NCBI GenBank assembly: GCA_964542915.1
Contig: CAZIVP010000019.1
Coordinates: forward strand, 1,666 to 65,665
Source of the DNA: an uncultured Calditrichaceae bacterium
Lineage (GTDB): Bacteria; Calditrichota; Calditrichia; Calditrichales; Calditrichaceae
Length of the DNA: 64,000 bases
Reading direction: 5' to 3'
How positions within the stretch are numbered: the first letter of the stretch is position 1; the number at the start of each line of letters is the position of its first letter. The notes under the pieces are model-generated. The model had not been told where the DNA came from, ran no database searches, and was given only the letters and a program-made list of their open reading frames with translations. A program made the translations under genes and the position numbers. Below, piece after piece: positions 40,357 through 50,398 of the stretch.

Positions 40357-42705
40357 TCACCCTTTGATTTTGCTTTTGATCTTCTCAATCGTTTCCTCTA
40401 AAGAGAGCGCTTCCACATTAACCAGATAGGTCTGGCTCTGTTGTAATAATTTGGCGAATAATTGCTTTTGCCTTTGCATGTGTTCATCATAGTGCAGCAG
40501 AAGATGTGGATTGTAAAACGGGTACGACTTGCCTTTTTGCCGGGAAGCCGCTCCCCGTTGAGTTCCGCCTTGCAGTAGTTTTAAGGCTTCTTCCGGAGGC
40601 AGCTCCGAAATCGGTTCCGCCAGAGGTTCACTGTTCAAAAGGAACAAACGGCGTACATCAATACGCTTGACGTGTTTTTCCATACCGCCAAGCCAGTATG
40701 GATCGAGCATGGCGGCGGATCGTTTACTGGCGTTGTAACAGTACGGAAAACCGCGATCAATCAGGCACTCTTCCGCCTGCGGACAGTGATGGTTATCGCA
40801 GCCCTCTTTGGTTGTTACAACATTTTCGCATTTACTGCGATCGAACAGCGTCGCCAACGATTCCATAATTTCAGCTGTGTGCGTGGGCATGTAAAACTTG
40901 CGTTCAGGATTATCGGCCACCGCGTAACCACCACCGTATCGCGTAAATGCCATATCGATACCATGGAGGGCAAACCGTTCCTTCTGCATTAGGCGATAAA
41001 AAATTTCGGTTTTATATGTACCTTTAGGCCCAAGAAGCATGAAGCCCATACCCTGGTAATCCCCCGACATTCCGCGGATAGCGTGTAAATTGAAAAGTCG
41101 CTCGCCCACATCCGTTACGAGGCCCAGCGCCAGACTCCGCAGAGAACCGTAATAATCACAATTGAACAGAACGGCGGTTTTGCTTTCGGAATTGTAAAAC
41201 GCATGCGGCTCGCGTCCCGTAACGCCTTCCACGGCGTACACGATGCCGTGGGGCTCGAGTTCGGCCTCCAATTGAGCGGGATACCAGTTTTCCATCCAGA
41301 AGTCATAGAGATGGGCATTGTTGGTACGCAACTGCACAATCATGCCGTTTATGTTGGCATTCCATTCGAAATATTGATCAAACCTGAGATGCGCCTCGGC
41401 TTCCGCAACCAGGGCTTCGCCCTGCTCCATATCCACATCACTTGAAACCGGAACCGGTTGTTTTACACGCGTTACCGTATTGTTCAGGCTGGCGTATTTC
41501 AATTTCGCGGGCGTCTTTAATTTTTGCAGCGCTTCGGTAATACGCGCCATACCCTTCTCAATTTGATCCATGGATGTCGCATAGGATATCCGAACAAAGC
41601 GATCGGCGCCAAAAGCAGCGCCGGGTACCAGCACAACATGGGCTTCCTTTAATAGATAGTACGCTAATCCGTAAGAATTTCGGATGTATGTTCCGTTATA
41701 CTCTTTATCGAAATAAGAAGCGATATTCGGGAAGGCATAAAAGGCGCCTTCCGGTTGACGGCACGACACGCCGGGTATCTTTTGCAATTGATGAATCATG
41801 TAGTTGCGTCGCTTTTGAAATTGTGCGACCATGCGGTTGATTTCAAAGCCGGGGCCGGAGAGCGCTTTTAGCGCCGCATACTGGGCGATGGCAGACGCAT
41901 TGGATGTGCTGTGGCTCTGTATTTTATTGGCGGCGTCGATCACATCCGCAGGGCCGGCGGCGTAACCCAGACGCCAGCCGGTCATGGCAAACGCTTTCGA
42001 CAAACCATTGATGATTACGGTTTTCGCCTTTATCTCATTACCCAGAGCGGCAAAACTCACAAAACGGAAATCGTCATAAACCAGCTTCTCGTAAATTTCA
42101 TCGGAAATCACCCAGAGATCCTCTTCTTTGATCACCTCGGCCAGAGCTTGTAATTGTTCCAGATTATATGCCGCGCCGGTGGGATTGGAAGGGCTGCACA
42201 AAATAAGCGCCCGGGTATTGGCGGAAATCGACTGTTGCAATTCATCGGGTTGTAATTTAAAGCCGTTTTCTTCTTTGGTATTGACGATCACCGGTTTTCC
42301 CTGCGCCAGTCGCACCATCTCGGGATACGAAACCCAATAAGGAGCGGGAATGATCACCTCATCGCCGGGATTTACAAGAGCCATAACCACATTGTACAAG
42401 CTGTGTTTGGCGCCGTTCGTAACAATAATCTCATCGGTCTGATAATGCAGTTGATTGTCTTCGTTTAACTTGCGTGCTATGGCCTGCCGCAACTCCATCG
42501 TTCCCGCATTAACCGTGTATTTGGTATAGTTATGATCGATTGCATGTTTGCCGGCATCTTTGATATAATCCGGTGTTGGAAAATCGGGTTCGCCGACGCT
42601 AAAATCGACCACATCCGTGCCGGCTGCGCGCATCTGTATCGCCTTTGCCGCAATTTTCATCGTAGGAGAAATGCCGATGTGTTTAATCCGTTCGGAAGTC
42701 ACCAT
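40357..42705 (-). CDS. Fusion protein: class-I aspartate/aromatic aminotransferase (N, ~400 aa) + uncharacterized C-terminal domain (~380 aa)
   Basis: N-domain: GEPDFPTP, NGAKHSLYNVVMALVNPGDEVI, PLP-lysine motif SKAFAMTGWRLGY. C-domain: degenerate P-loop-like LLGPKGTYKTE, Cys/His cluster CDNHHCPQAEEC, no recognisable family. Confidence 0.75.
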   Translation of the reverse strand: MVTSERIKHIGISPTMKIAAKAIQMRAAGTDVVDFSVGEPDFPTPDYIKDAGKHAIDHNYTKYTVNAGTMELRQAIARKLNEDNQLHYQTDEIIVTNGAKHSLYNVVMALVNPGDEVIIPAPYWVSYPEMVRLAQGKPVIVNTKEENGFKLQPDELQQSISANTRALILCSPSNPTGAAYNLEQLQALAEVIKEEDLWVISDEIYEKLVYDDFRFVSFAALGNEIKAKTVIINGLSKAFAMTGWRLGYAAGPADVIDAANKIQSHSTSNASAIAQYAALKALSGPGFEINRMVAQFQKRRNYMIHQLQKIPGVSCRQPEGAFYAFPNIASYFDKEYNGTYIRNSYGLAYYLLKEAHVVLVPGAAFGADRFVRISYATSMDQIEKGMARITEALQKLKTPAKLKYASLNNTVTRVKQPVPVSSDVDMEQGEALVAEAEAHLRFDQYFEWNANINGMIVQLRTNNAHLYDFWMENWYPAQLEAELEPHGIVYAVEGVTGREPHAFYNSESKTAVLFNCDYYGSLRSLALGLVTDVGERLFNLHAIRGMSGDYQGMGFMLLGPKGTYKTEIFYRLMQKERFALHGIDMAFTRYGGGYAVADNPERKFYMPTHTAEIMESLATLFDRSKCENVVTTKEGCDNHHCPQAEECLIDRGFPYCYNASKRSAAMLDPYWLGGMEKHVKRIDVRRLFLLNSEPLAEPISELPPEEALKLLQGGTQRGAASRQKGKSYPFYNPHLLLHYDEHMQRQKQLFAKLLQQSQTYLVNVEALSLEETIEKIKSKIKG

Positions 42706-42907
42706 GTTGAACCCGTCCGTTTCAATACAACTTTCACACTTTAGCTGTTCTGTTTAACGCCCCGTTGGTTGAGACGCGCTGAATACCCGTCGGCAATACG
42801 TTGTCGATAACGAAAGGAAACTAACGCTTAAACCGTAATTTGAAATGGATATATACAGCATTAACTCGTTTGCTCTTCAAATAAATTTTCAAACTTTAGA
42901 ATTGCAA

Positions 42908-44308
42908 TCAATCCTTGTCTTCATCGGAAAACTTTTTCTTCATGTATTGTTTGATATCGGCGCCGGTCAGCGACTCAATGACTTCCGGCAACTGGGACAG
43001 AATTTGTGTGATTTGTCCTGTAATTTTATTGGTGCCCAGTTTTCCGTCCTGTTCAATCATAACGATTTTATCCAGTTTGGATAAGGGTTCGGAAACCGCT
43101 CTTGCCAATTCGGGCATTTTGTCCATAATCATCTGGTAAATGGCGGCATGGTTGTATGATTCGTATGCTTTTGCTTTTTCCTGCAAGGCATGGGCTTCGG
43201 CTTTACCCAACAATCGGATGCGTTCGGCCTCGGTTTCATTCTCGGATTTACGCGCTTCGATTTTTCCCTTGGATTCCGTTGCCATACGGTAACTCTCGGC
43301 ATCCGCCTCCGCCTGCACTTGCAGTCGCCGCGCCTCGGCCGGTTTAATGACATTGGCATCCAATTCTTTTTGTTTACGCGAGATACTCAATTCTTCAAGC
43401 GTAATGCTCTCTTCCATCTCCACCCGCTTTACGGCATACTCTTCGCGCTTCAGATTCTGTTCGATTTTATAACGCTCCATCTCATACGCCATATCGGCCT
43501 GTGCTTTTTTCTCGTTCACCTGCACTTGTGAAGCGGCTTTTTTAGCTTCGTTATCCCAGCGCGCTTTGGCAACCTCGGCTTCGGCAGCGAGTTGCGCCAC
43601 TTCGCCCTCTTTTTTTGCCTGCGCCGACTTGATCGTAATGTCGCGATCCTTCTCGGCCTGGTCCACTTCCGCTTCGTATTTGGCGCGGGTAACGTGCGGT
43701 TTGCTCAGGGCTTCAATATAGCCCTGCGTGTCGGTAATATCGCGCAGTCCGAACGACATCATCACCAAACCCAATTTTTCAAAATCCTTGCGGGATTCAT
43801 CGGATATATTCTGCGTAAACTGGTTGCGTCCGGTGAGGATGTCCTCCACGGACAGGGTACCGATCAGCTCGCGCACCTTGCTTTCCAAAACGGTTTCCGC
43901 AACTTCCAGAATGCCTTCCGTTCCCTTGCTCAAAAAATTGGTGATGGCCAGATAGAGGGCATAATCATCGGTGTCAATCTTTACCTGCGAATTGAACTCA
44001 ACCGTTATGGGAATGCCGTTGTTGGTCAAAACTTCCGAAATTTTAGCGTGAATCGGGATCACTTCAATGGGGAATCGTTCAACGCTTTCCGTAAAAGGGT
44101 TGACGAAGGTACCGCCTCCGATGCGATAACGAAATCCAATTTCTTTTTTGGCGCCATCCGGTAAGGTGATGACGTTTTTACGTCCACCGGAAATGATCAT
44201 AACTTCATTGGGTCCGACTTTGCGGTATTGTTTATAAATAAAAAAAGCCAGCGCGCCAAGAAGTATGATGGCCACGACAATGATGACCAGTAGGGTTATA
44301 AAATTCAT
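42908..44308 (-). CDS. Flotillin (SPFH/band-7 family) membrane scaffold protein
   Basis: N-terminal TM helix, SPFH domain, long EA-rich coiled-coil (flotillin-type) C-terminus. Confidence 0.8.
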   Translation of the reverse strand: MNFITLLVIIVVAIILLGALAFFIYKQYRKVGPNEVMIISGGRKNVITLPDGAKKEIGFRYRIGGGTFVNPFTESVERFPIEVIPIHAKISEVLTNNGIPITVEFNSQVKIDTDDYALYLAITNFLSKGTEGILEVAETVLESKVRELIGTLSVEDILTGRNQFTQNISDESRKDFEKLGLVMMSFGLRDITDTQGYIEALSKPHVTRAKYEAEVDQAEKDRDITIKSAQAKKEGEVAQLAAEAEVAKARWDNEAKKAASQVQVNEKKAQADMAYEMERYKIEQNLKREEYAVKRVEMEESITLEELSISRKQKELDANVIKPAEARRLQVQAEADAESYRMATESKGKIEARKSENETEAERIRLLGKAEAHALQEKAKAYESYNHAAIYQMIMDKMPELARAVSEPLSKLDKIVMIEQDGKLGTNKITGQITQILSQLPEVIESLTGADIKQYMKKKFSDEDKD

Positions 44309-44865
44309 CCCAGCCTCCTACAAGACTTCCTCCGTTAATGTTTTAAAAGCAATCCGTACTTCGTGCCAATATTCACGAAGCCAGGACAACCCCGAATTTA
44401 GGCAATAATTTATTTATTTTCACCATTTTTTTGCTTATCTAAGCGAATTAATCGCGCCAACCCGAAAGCTGTAAAAAAACACTCCACCGTACGGTGTGGA
44501 TTCATCATTCATCCTTGCCCGTATACATTTTAAAGCGCCGCATACGCGCCGTTTGTAAGCGCTATCGACAGAGCGCCTGTTTGAATTTAATCATTTCATC
44601 ATTAGAATCAAAAATACAATACCGGTTATGAATCGCCCGCAAGATTTAAGGCTGAAAGTTTTAGCTCACATTTGGGGCCATAATTGATTTTTACAGGATT
44701 TTTTTCGACGTTCTTCGTTACACATTACACATCCGCTAAAAACGAAATCATTTATGAAACCGACTTGTCAAATTGCTTATGTTCTCTGATTTTTTACATC
44801 CATCTCCGTCTTTCTTCTAATTTTAACTATTATACAACAATCACCTTCACCACTAACAATGGAGT

Positions 44866-45210
44866 GTGTCTATGTATCATGGGTATGTGTATTCTTTAAT
44901 ATTGATTATTACTTTTCTGGCAGCATCTTTTTCGCCTCCGCTTCACGCAGATTCGTTTTCAATCAACACGATGGCCGATTCCAGCGATAGCAATCCGGGC
45001 GACGGTTTTAATGACAATGACGCCGGCGACGCCGATGAAGGCGCGAACCACCATCAAAACCATCCCGATTTTACTGATGTGCAATATGATGCAAATTCCA
45101 ATACCGTTACCGCCGAATATTCAGCGCCGGACGATTCTTTTACGGTCGTTGCGAAACAAAAGCGTAGCGGAGCTTCCAACCGAGATTCTGAAACGGATCG
45201 CTTGCAATAA
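44866..45210 (+). CDS. Small secreted acidic, His/Asp/Asn-rich protein
   Basis: Signal-like N-terminus YSLILIITFLAASFSPPLHA; low-complexity DSSDSNPGDGFNDNDAGDADEGANHHQNHPD; 107 bp upstream of a TonB-dependent receptor; could be non-coding. Confidence 0.3.
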   Translation: MSMYHGYVYSLILIITFLAASFSPPLHADSFSINTMADSSDSNPGDGFNDNDAGDADEGANHHQNHPDFTDVQYDANSNTVTAEYSAPDDSFTVVAKQKRSGASNRDSETDRLQ

Positions 45211-45317
45211 AAAATTGCCTTTCATTGTGCGCGATGATGGTTTGCAAATTTTTTTTAAAATTTCTTAATTTGTATGCTTAGTTTGGTACAAGGCGTTTAT
45301 GGAAAGGAACCGAACCA

Positions 45318-47669
45318 TTGCCGTTATCGAAACGTTTTGAAGTGCGTAACATTGCGATTGTGTTTTTATTATGGATGCCGGTGCTCTATGCAGGCTCGAT
45401 TCAGGGATGGATTTACAATGAAAAACATAAACCTTTGAACGATGTTTACGTTTCCATCGAGTCATTGGATAAAATCACCGTCAGTGCTGAAAACGGATAT
45501 TTTAAATTGTCTCCCGTCCCGCCGGGCAGTTACCGACTGACATTTAATCACATTGCCTATGAAACGCTGCACATAGATGAGGTTCAGGTAGCAGGGCAAC
45601 CCACCCGCCTGGACACCGTTCTGCTGACCTCCCGTATCATGCAAACCGGTCCCACGGTGGTGACCGCCACCCGTTCACCGAACCGGGTGTTCGAAGTACC
45701 CGCCGCCATCAATTCCGTCTCGCCCATGCAAATTCGGTATCGTCAATCCAAAACATCGGCGGAAGCTCTGCGGGAAGAAACGGGCGTCTTTGTTCAGAAG
45801 ACCAATCACGGCGGCGGTTCGGCTATCGTACGGGGTCTCAGCTCCAACCGCATTCTTTTAATGGTGGACGGAATCCGTTTGAACAACTCGACTTATCGCC
45901 TGGGCAATCACCAATACCTAACCACCGTAGACCACAATATCGTAGAAAACATCGAGGTGCTGCGCGGTCCCGGGTCGGTGCTGTACGGAAGCGATGCCAT
46001 GGGCGGAACCATCAATCTTATAACCAGGGATCCATCGTTTTCGGCCGATGGTTGGCGTTGGCGCGGCAACACCTTCAGTCGATACGCCTCGGCGGACCGG
46101 GAAAAAACGTTGCGGGCGGCTTACACTTTGAGAGGGCGAAACGTAGCTTTACGAATGGGACTGAGTTACAAAAATTTTGACGATCTGAGACGGGGCGCCA
46201 ACAGCGAACATGCAGCGTTAGAGCAATCCACCGATGGTTTGTTGCAGTCGCCCAGCGGCTTCGAAGTTCTTGATATGGAAGGTAAAGCTTTAACGCAACT
46301 GGGTGGCGATCAGTTGCTAACCTTTGCTTACCAGTCCACTCAACAAAACGATGTGCCGCGCTACGACAAATACGAGAACGACGGGTATCATAAATGGTAT
46401 TACGATCCGCAAATTCGGCGGCTGGGTTATGCGCTGTATGAAAAACAGGAACTTGTCCCTTATGTGCGCAATCTGCAACTGCGCCTATCCTATCATTACC
46501 AGAAAGAAGGACGCCGTTACCAAAAATCGGACGATCAACCGCAAACGAACGAATGGCATACTGTCGGTACTTCAGGACTCGGTCTGCAGGCGCAAACCAT
46601 CATGGCCTATCATACCTTAACCTACGGTCTGGATTTTTATGCCGACGACGTACAGAGCGCCCGTTATTCCATAAGCCCGGATACGGACCAAAGGGTTTAC
46701 GATCCGCAGGCCCGTTACCCGGACGGCGCACAATACCATAGCCTGGGCTTATTCATACGGGACGAATGGCAACTCGGTCCACGCTGGAAAATTAATCCCG
46801 GCTTGCGTTACAGCCGCATGTCCACGCGCTTTACGCTGGCGGCCGATACAACGCTAACACTTCCCTTTGATCCCAAAGTGGATCAAAACTACGACGCGCT
46901 CACAACGAATCTTGCGGTTATGCACCGCTTATCGACCAACTGGCGTCTTTACGGGAACGTTGCACAGGCGTTCCGCGCACCCAATTTAAGCGATCTGGCC
47001 AAGTTCGGCGAATCGAAGGGCGCTATTTATGAAATACCCAATCCGGCCGTCGAGCCGGAAAAGATGCTCAATGTTGACCTGGGATTGAAATACCGGAATA
47101 CGGATTGGCGGTTGGACGGATCCGTCTATTACACCCGTATCTACGACGTGTTGGCCAGTGCCGATGCAAAAACCAACGGCTCCACCGCAATCATCGGCGG
47201 AACGGAATACAAACTGAAAAGCAAACAAAATATCGGAGAGGCCTTCATAACAGGTTTGGAATTATCGCTTTCCCGGCAATTCCATTGTCATTATCGCCTT
47301 GAGGGTCAGTTAACCTACACGTATGGTCACAATACGACGTTCGACGAACCGGTCGGCGGCATTCCGCCCCTGTTTGGCCTAATTGCCCTGCATCGATCCT
47401 TCGGCCAAGACTTGCGGGCGACGGTATTTTCCCGCTTCGCCGCGAGGCAGGACCGGCTCTCTGCTGATGACAAAGACGATCCGCGCATCCCGGAAGGCGG
47501 CACGCCGGCCTGGTATACGATAAATACCCGCATCCGGTGGCAGGCGCATCGCCGGATCGGGCTGCAGTTTGCCCTGGAAAATTTACTGGATTACAACTAT
47601 CGTGAACACGGATCGGGCATCAACGGACCGGGACGAAATTTTGTCATGAGTTTGCGCTTGCAGTTATAA
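45318..47669 (+). CDS. TonB-dependent outer-membrane receptor (carboxypeptidase-regulatory-like N-domain)
   Basis: Signal peptide; CarboxypepD_reg-like IQGWIYNEKHKPLNDVYVSIESLD...GYFKL; plug motifs (GVFVQKTNHGGGSAIVRGLSSNRILLMVDGIRLN); C-terminal barrel. Confidence 0.85.
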   Translation: MPLSKRFEVRNIAIVFLLWMPVLYAGSIQGWIYNEKHKPLNDVYVSIESLDKITVSAENGYFKLSPVPPGSYRLTFNHIAYETLHIDEVQVAGQPTRLDTVLLTSRIMQTGPTVVTATRSPNRVFEVPAAINSVSPMQIRYRQSKTSAEALREETGVFVQKTNHGGGSAIVRGLSSNRILLMVDGIRLNNSTYRLGNHQYLTTVDHNIVENIEVLRGPGSVLYGSDAMGGTINLITRDPSFSADGWRWRGNTFSRYASADREKTLRAAYTLRGRNVALRMGLSYKNFDDLRRGANSEHAALEQSTDGLLQSPSGFEVLDMEGKALTQLGGDQLLTFAYQSTQQNDVPRYDKYENDGYHKWYYDPQIRRLGYALYEKQELVPYVRNLQLRLSYHYQKEGRRYQKSDDQPQTNEWHTVGTSGLGLQAQTIMAYHTLTYGLDFYADDVQSARYSISPDTDQRVYDPQARYPDGAQYHSLGLFIRDEWQLGPRWKINPGLRYSRMSTRFTLAADTTLTLPFDPKVDQNYDALTTNLAVMHRLSTNWRLYGNVAQAFRAPNLSDLAKFGESKGAIYEIPNPAVEPEKMLNVDLGLKYRNTDWRLDGSVYYTRIYDVLASADAKTNGSTAIIGGTEYKLKSKQNIGEAFITGLELSLSRQFHCHYRLEGQLTYTYGHNTTFDEPVGGIPPLFGLIALHRSFGQDLRATVFSRFAARQDRLSADDKDDPRIPEGGTPAWYTINTRIRWQAHRRIGLQFALENLLDYNYREHGSGINGPGRNFVMSLRLQL

Positions 47670-47956
47670 CGGACGGTAGGGCTTGAAGTGGATGCCCGCT
47701 TTCGCACGAATGACGAGTGTGATTAAATGCTTGTTTACGAAATATCCACAAACCATACCCTCTTCTCCCTTCCTCTTTAATATTTATTTATCATCCGATT
47801 CCTTCTTTACTCTCACCGCAAAGACGGACATCTGCTAACCATCTTCAAATTTTTCTCCTTTTACCTTTTATCTTTTTATTTCTGTTTAGCAGGGCTTATT
47901 GAACCTTCCCAATACTAACGTGTAGTACCGGAAAAACCCACATGAAAGGAGAAACC

Positions 47957-49150
47957 ATGCGTTTAACCATCTTGATGATCGCCGGCGTCGGCGTCATGTT
48001 TGCCTCGCTCACCTGTCGGACCGACGAACAGACCACTATAAAACCAGAGCCCGTTCCGCGTATCGTTTACGAGGTCTATCCCGATGAATGGTATCAGCAA
48101 CAGGCACAATTGTGGCAACAGGAAATCCGGAAAGATTCCGCAGACGCCAACGCCTGGTACAATTATTACAATGCGGTGCGCTATGCACGCTTCAAAACGG
48201 AACAGTGGCAGGAAAAAAATCAACGCCTTAGCACAATCATCGATCAAATGGGGGAACACGTAGCCGATAGTTATGAATACGCCTTATTGAGCTACTGGAA
48301 CACAAGTCATTTTCACGACCTGGACGCCATCCGTAAAGCTTATGAACGCGCACCCGAACGACCCGATACCTATTATGCGTTCATCGTCCATTATATCGCT
48401 TCCGGCGACGAGAAAAAGGCCAGGGAATTTTGTCAAAAACTCTACAACAGCGAGGACATTGCGCCCTGGCTGTTGAATTACAACTACAACGTCCTTATGT
48501 CCATCGAGCCCGGCGGTATTTTATTTACTAACGGCGACAACGACACCTATCCGGTTTGGATATTGCAACACATTAAGAATATCCGTCCCAACGCCGTCAT
48601 TTTGAACGTTTCGCTCCTGCCTGATAAGTCATATTTCATTAATAATCTAATCGAGCGCGGCTTCAATATCGATTATGAAACCATAAAAGAGGCGGCTAAA
48701 AGCGAAGGAACTTTTTCACGCCCCCGTTTTGTCCGGGAAACGGTTGAAGCGCTGCGTAATGAATATGATGAAACGCCTCTTTATTTCGGTCTGACGGTCG
48801 CTAAGGATTTTACCAAACCATTCAGCGAACAACTTTTTCTGGTGGGGCTGGCGTATCAATACAGTCCGGATCGCATCGACAACCTGGCTTTGCTCAAGCG
48901 CAATCTGGAAAATCGTTTTCGATTGGATTATTTGTCTTTACAATTCTACCAAGAAGACCGGCTCGGGAAACATCTTTCCGCTCGGATGCAATTGAATTAT
49001 ATTGCTTCAATGATCATGCTGGCCGAACACCACGCGTTAAGCGATCAGCATTCAAGAAGCGACTACTGGAGACAAAAAGCGCTCAATCTGGCCGAAAACG
49101 CCGGCGATCAAGAGATCATCAACAAAATTAAACAGACCCTGCCTGAGTGA
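47957..49150 (+). CDS. Lipoprotein of unknown function
   Basis: AAAGGAG SD 5 nt before ATG 47957; signal with Cys (ASLTC); helical, W/Y-rich; no family recognised. Confidence 0.55.
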   Translation: MRLTILMIAGVGVMFASLTCRTDEQTTIKPEPVPRIVYEVYPDEWYQQQAQLWQQEIRKDSADANAWYNYYNAVRYARFKTEQWQEKNQRLSTIIDQMGEHVADSYEYALLSYWNTSHFHDLDAIRKAYERAPERPDTYYAFIVHYIASGDEKKAREFCQKLYNSEDIAPWLLNYNYNVLMSIEPGGILFTNGDNDTYPVWILQHIKNIRPNAVILNVSLLPDKSYFINNLIERGFNIDYETIKEAAKSEGTFSRPRFVRETVEALRNEYDETPLYFGLTVAKDFTKPFSEQLFLVGLAYQYSPDRIDNLALLKRNLENRFRLDYLSLQFYQEDRLGKHLSARMQLNYIASMIMLAEHHALSDQHSRSDYWRQKALNLAENAGDQEIINKIKQTLPE

Positions 49151-49190
49151 ACAAAAGAGCTATGCGGGATTTAAACCTGTTACCTATTGA

Positions 49191-49805
49191 ATGCAGGAAT
49201 TGATTTTGCTTCGCACATTCAAATACAGAAACGAGCAATCGCAAACATTGCTCACGGATGAAAAGCTCATGCAGCGATTACAGGAGGGCGACCACCGTTG
49301 TTTCGACATTCTTTACGATCGTTACAGCACCCGTTTACTGCGCTATCTGGTACGCATGATGGGCGGCGATATGAGCCGGGCGCAGGATTTATTGCAGGAT
49401 GTATTTCTGGCCGTCATTGACAAAGCGGCGCAGTTTAAAAACGGCTATCGGTTTTCGGGCTGGGTGTACGTGATCGCTCATAATCGCTGTAAAAACGAAT
49501 ACCGCTTTATGGATTATCGCCGGAAGGATCAAAACGTGGCGCCGGAAGATCATGAACAATCGGCGGTTTCAGCGGATCAACGGATTGACCGGAAGGCATT
49601 TCGGCAAAACCTGGAAAGAGCATTAAAGGATTTGTCGCCCGAAAAACGTAGTATGTTTTTATTGCGCTTCGAAGAAGAGCTGTCGCTGAAGGAAATCGCC
49701 CGCATATTCGATATGCCGGTGGGAACCGTAAAATCCAGATTACACTATGTGTTACGGTATTTGAATTCGCAATTACAGGATTATAATCCGCAGAAGACGG
49801 AGTAA
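49191..49805 (+). CDS. ECF (sigma-70 group IV) RNA polymerase sigma factor
   Basis: Region 2 (LLQDVFLAVIDKAAQFK...) and region 4 HTH (LSLKEIARIFDMPVGTVKSRLHYVLRYL). Confidence 0.85.
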   Translation: MQELILLRTFKYRNEQSQTLLTDEKLMQRLQEGDHRCFDILYDRYSTRLLRYLVRMMGGDMSRAQDLLQDVFLAVIDKAAQFKNGYRFSGWVYVIAHNRCKNEYRFMDYRRKDQNVAPEDHEQSAVSADQRIDRKAFRQNLERALKDLSPEKRSMFLLRFEEELSLKEIARIFDMPVGTVKSRLHYVLRYLNSQLQDYNPQKTE

Positions 49806-49808
49806 AAC

Positions 49809-50351
49809 ATGAACAAAGCATGTGATTACTATCGCGCCTTAATCGAACAATCGGCGCTCGAAGGGCTATCGGAAGCTCAAAAGATCGCGCTTGAAAGCCA
49901 TCTGAATTACTGCGGCCCGTGCCGACGTTACCGGGAAACAATCCGGAGTATCCGCCGGGAAATGCAACAGCCGCCGCATCCCTCGCTGTCGCCCGACCCG
50001 GAGATCAAATCCAATCTAAAACGGATCTTAAAATCAGGTGAAAAACAACCGAAGGCGCCTTCCTGTTTTATCATCAAGTTGCTCAACAGGCCGATGCCGA
50101 TCTATCAGGCGTTGATCATGGCGAGCCTGGCTGTTTTCGCATTTTATATTTTCAACACGGGATTATCAACGATTGCCAGCGATGAAGTCCGCCGTGAACG
50201 TCAAACGAACCGCCCGGTGGTTTCTCAGATAAAGCTACCCCAGGTCCTTGCCAGCGGTAAAAACGTGCATATGGATAAAGCGGCGGTCGGCATGGGCATC
50301 AGCGCCGCCGAAGACAGCACTTTTTCAGATTTGGTCTTTATAACCATGTGA
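49809..50351 (+). CDS. Anti-sigma factor (zf-HC2 zinc-finger N-domain, single TM)
   Basis: 4-nt gap after sigma gene; H-x3-C-x2-C (HLNYCGPCRRY) motif; central TM helix IYQALIMASLAVFAFYIF. Confidence 0.6.
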   Translation: MNKACDYYRALIEQSALEGLSEAQKIALESHLNYCGPCRRYRETIRSIRREMQQPPHPSLSPDPEIKSNLKRILKSGEKQPKAPSCFIIKLLNRPMPIYQALIMASLAVFAFYIFNTGLSTIASDEVRRERQTNRPVVSQIKLPQVLASGKNVHMDKAAVGMGISAAEDSTFSDLVFITM

Positions 50352-50356
50352 GAGTT

Positions 50357-50378
50357 GGCCGGTCCTGTCGGACCGGCC
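50357..50378. terminator. GC-rich hairpin between convergent anti-sigma and Gly-repeat genes
   Basis: Perfect 9-bp stem GGCCGGTCC-TGTC-GGACCGGCC; no U-tract. Confidence 0.4.
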
Positions 50379-50398
50379 GACATCCATCCATAACAGAG

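Noticed and set aside
43592-44164. 190-aa ORF on + strand (and 43190-43531, 43728-43955)
   Set aside because: Antisense to the flotillin gene. Its Gly/Phe-rich composition is produced by the reverse complement of the EA-rich coiled-coil codons.
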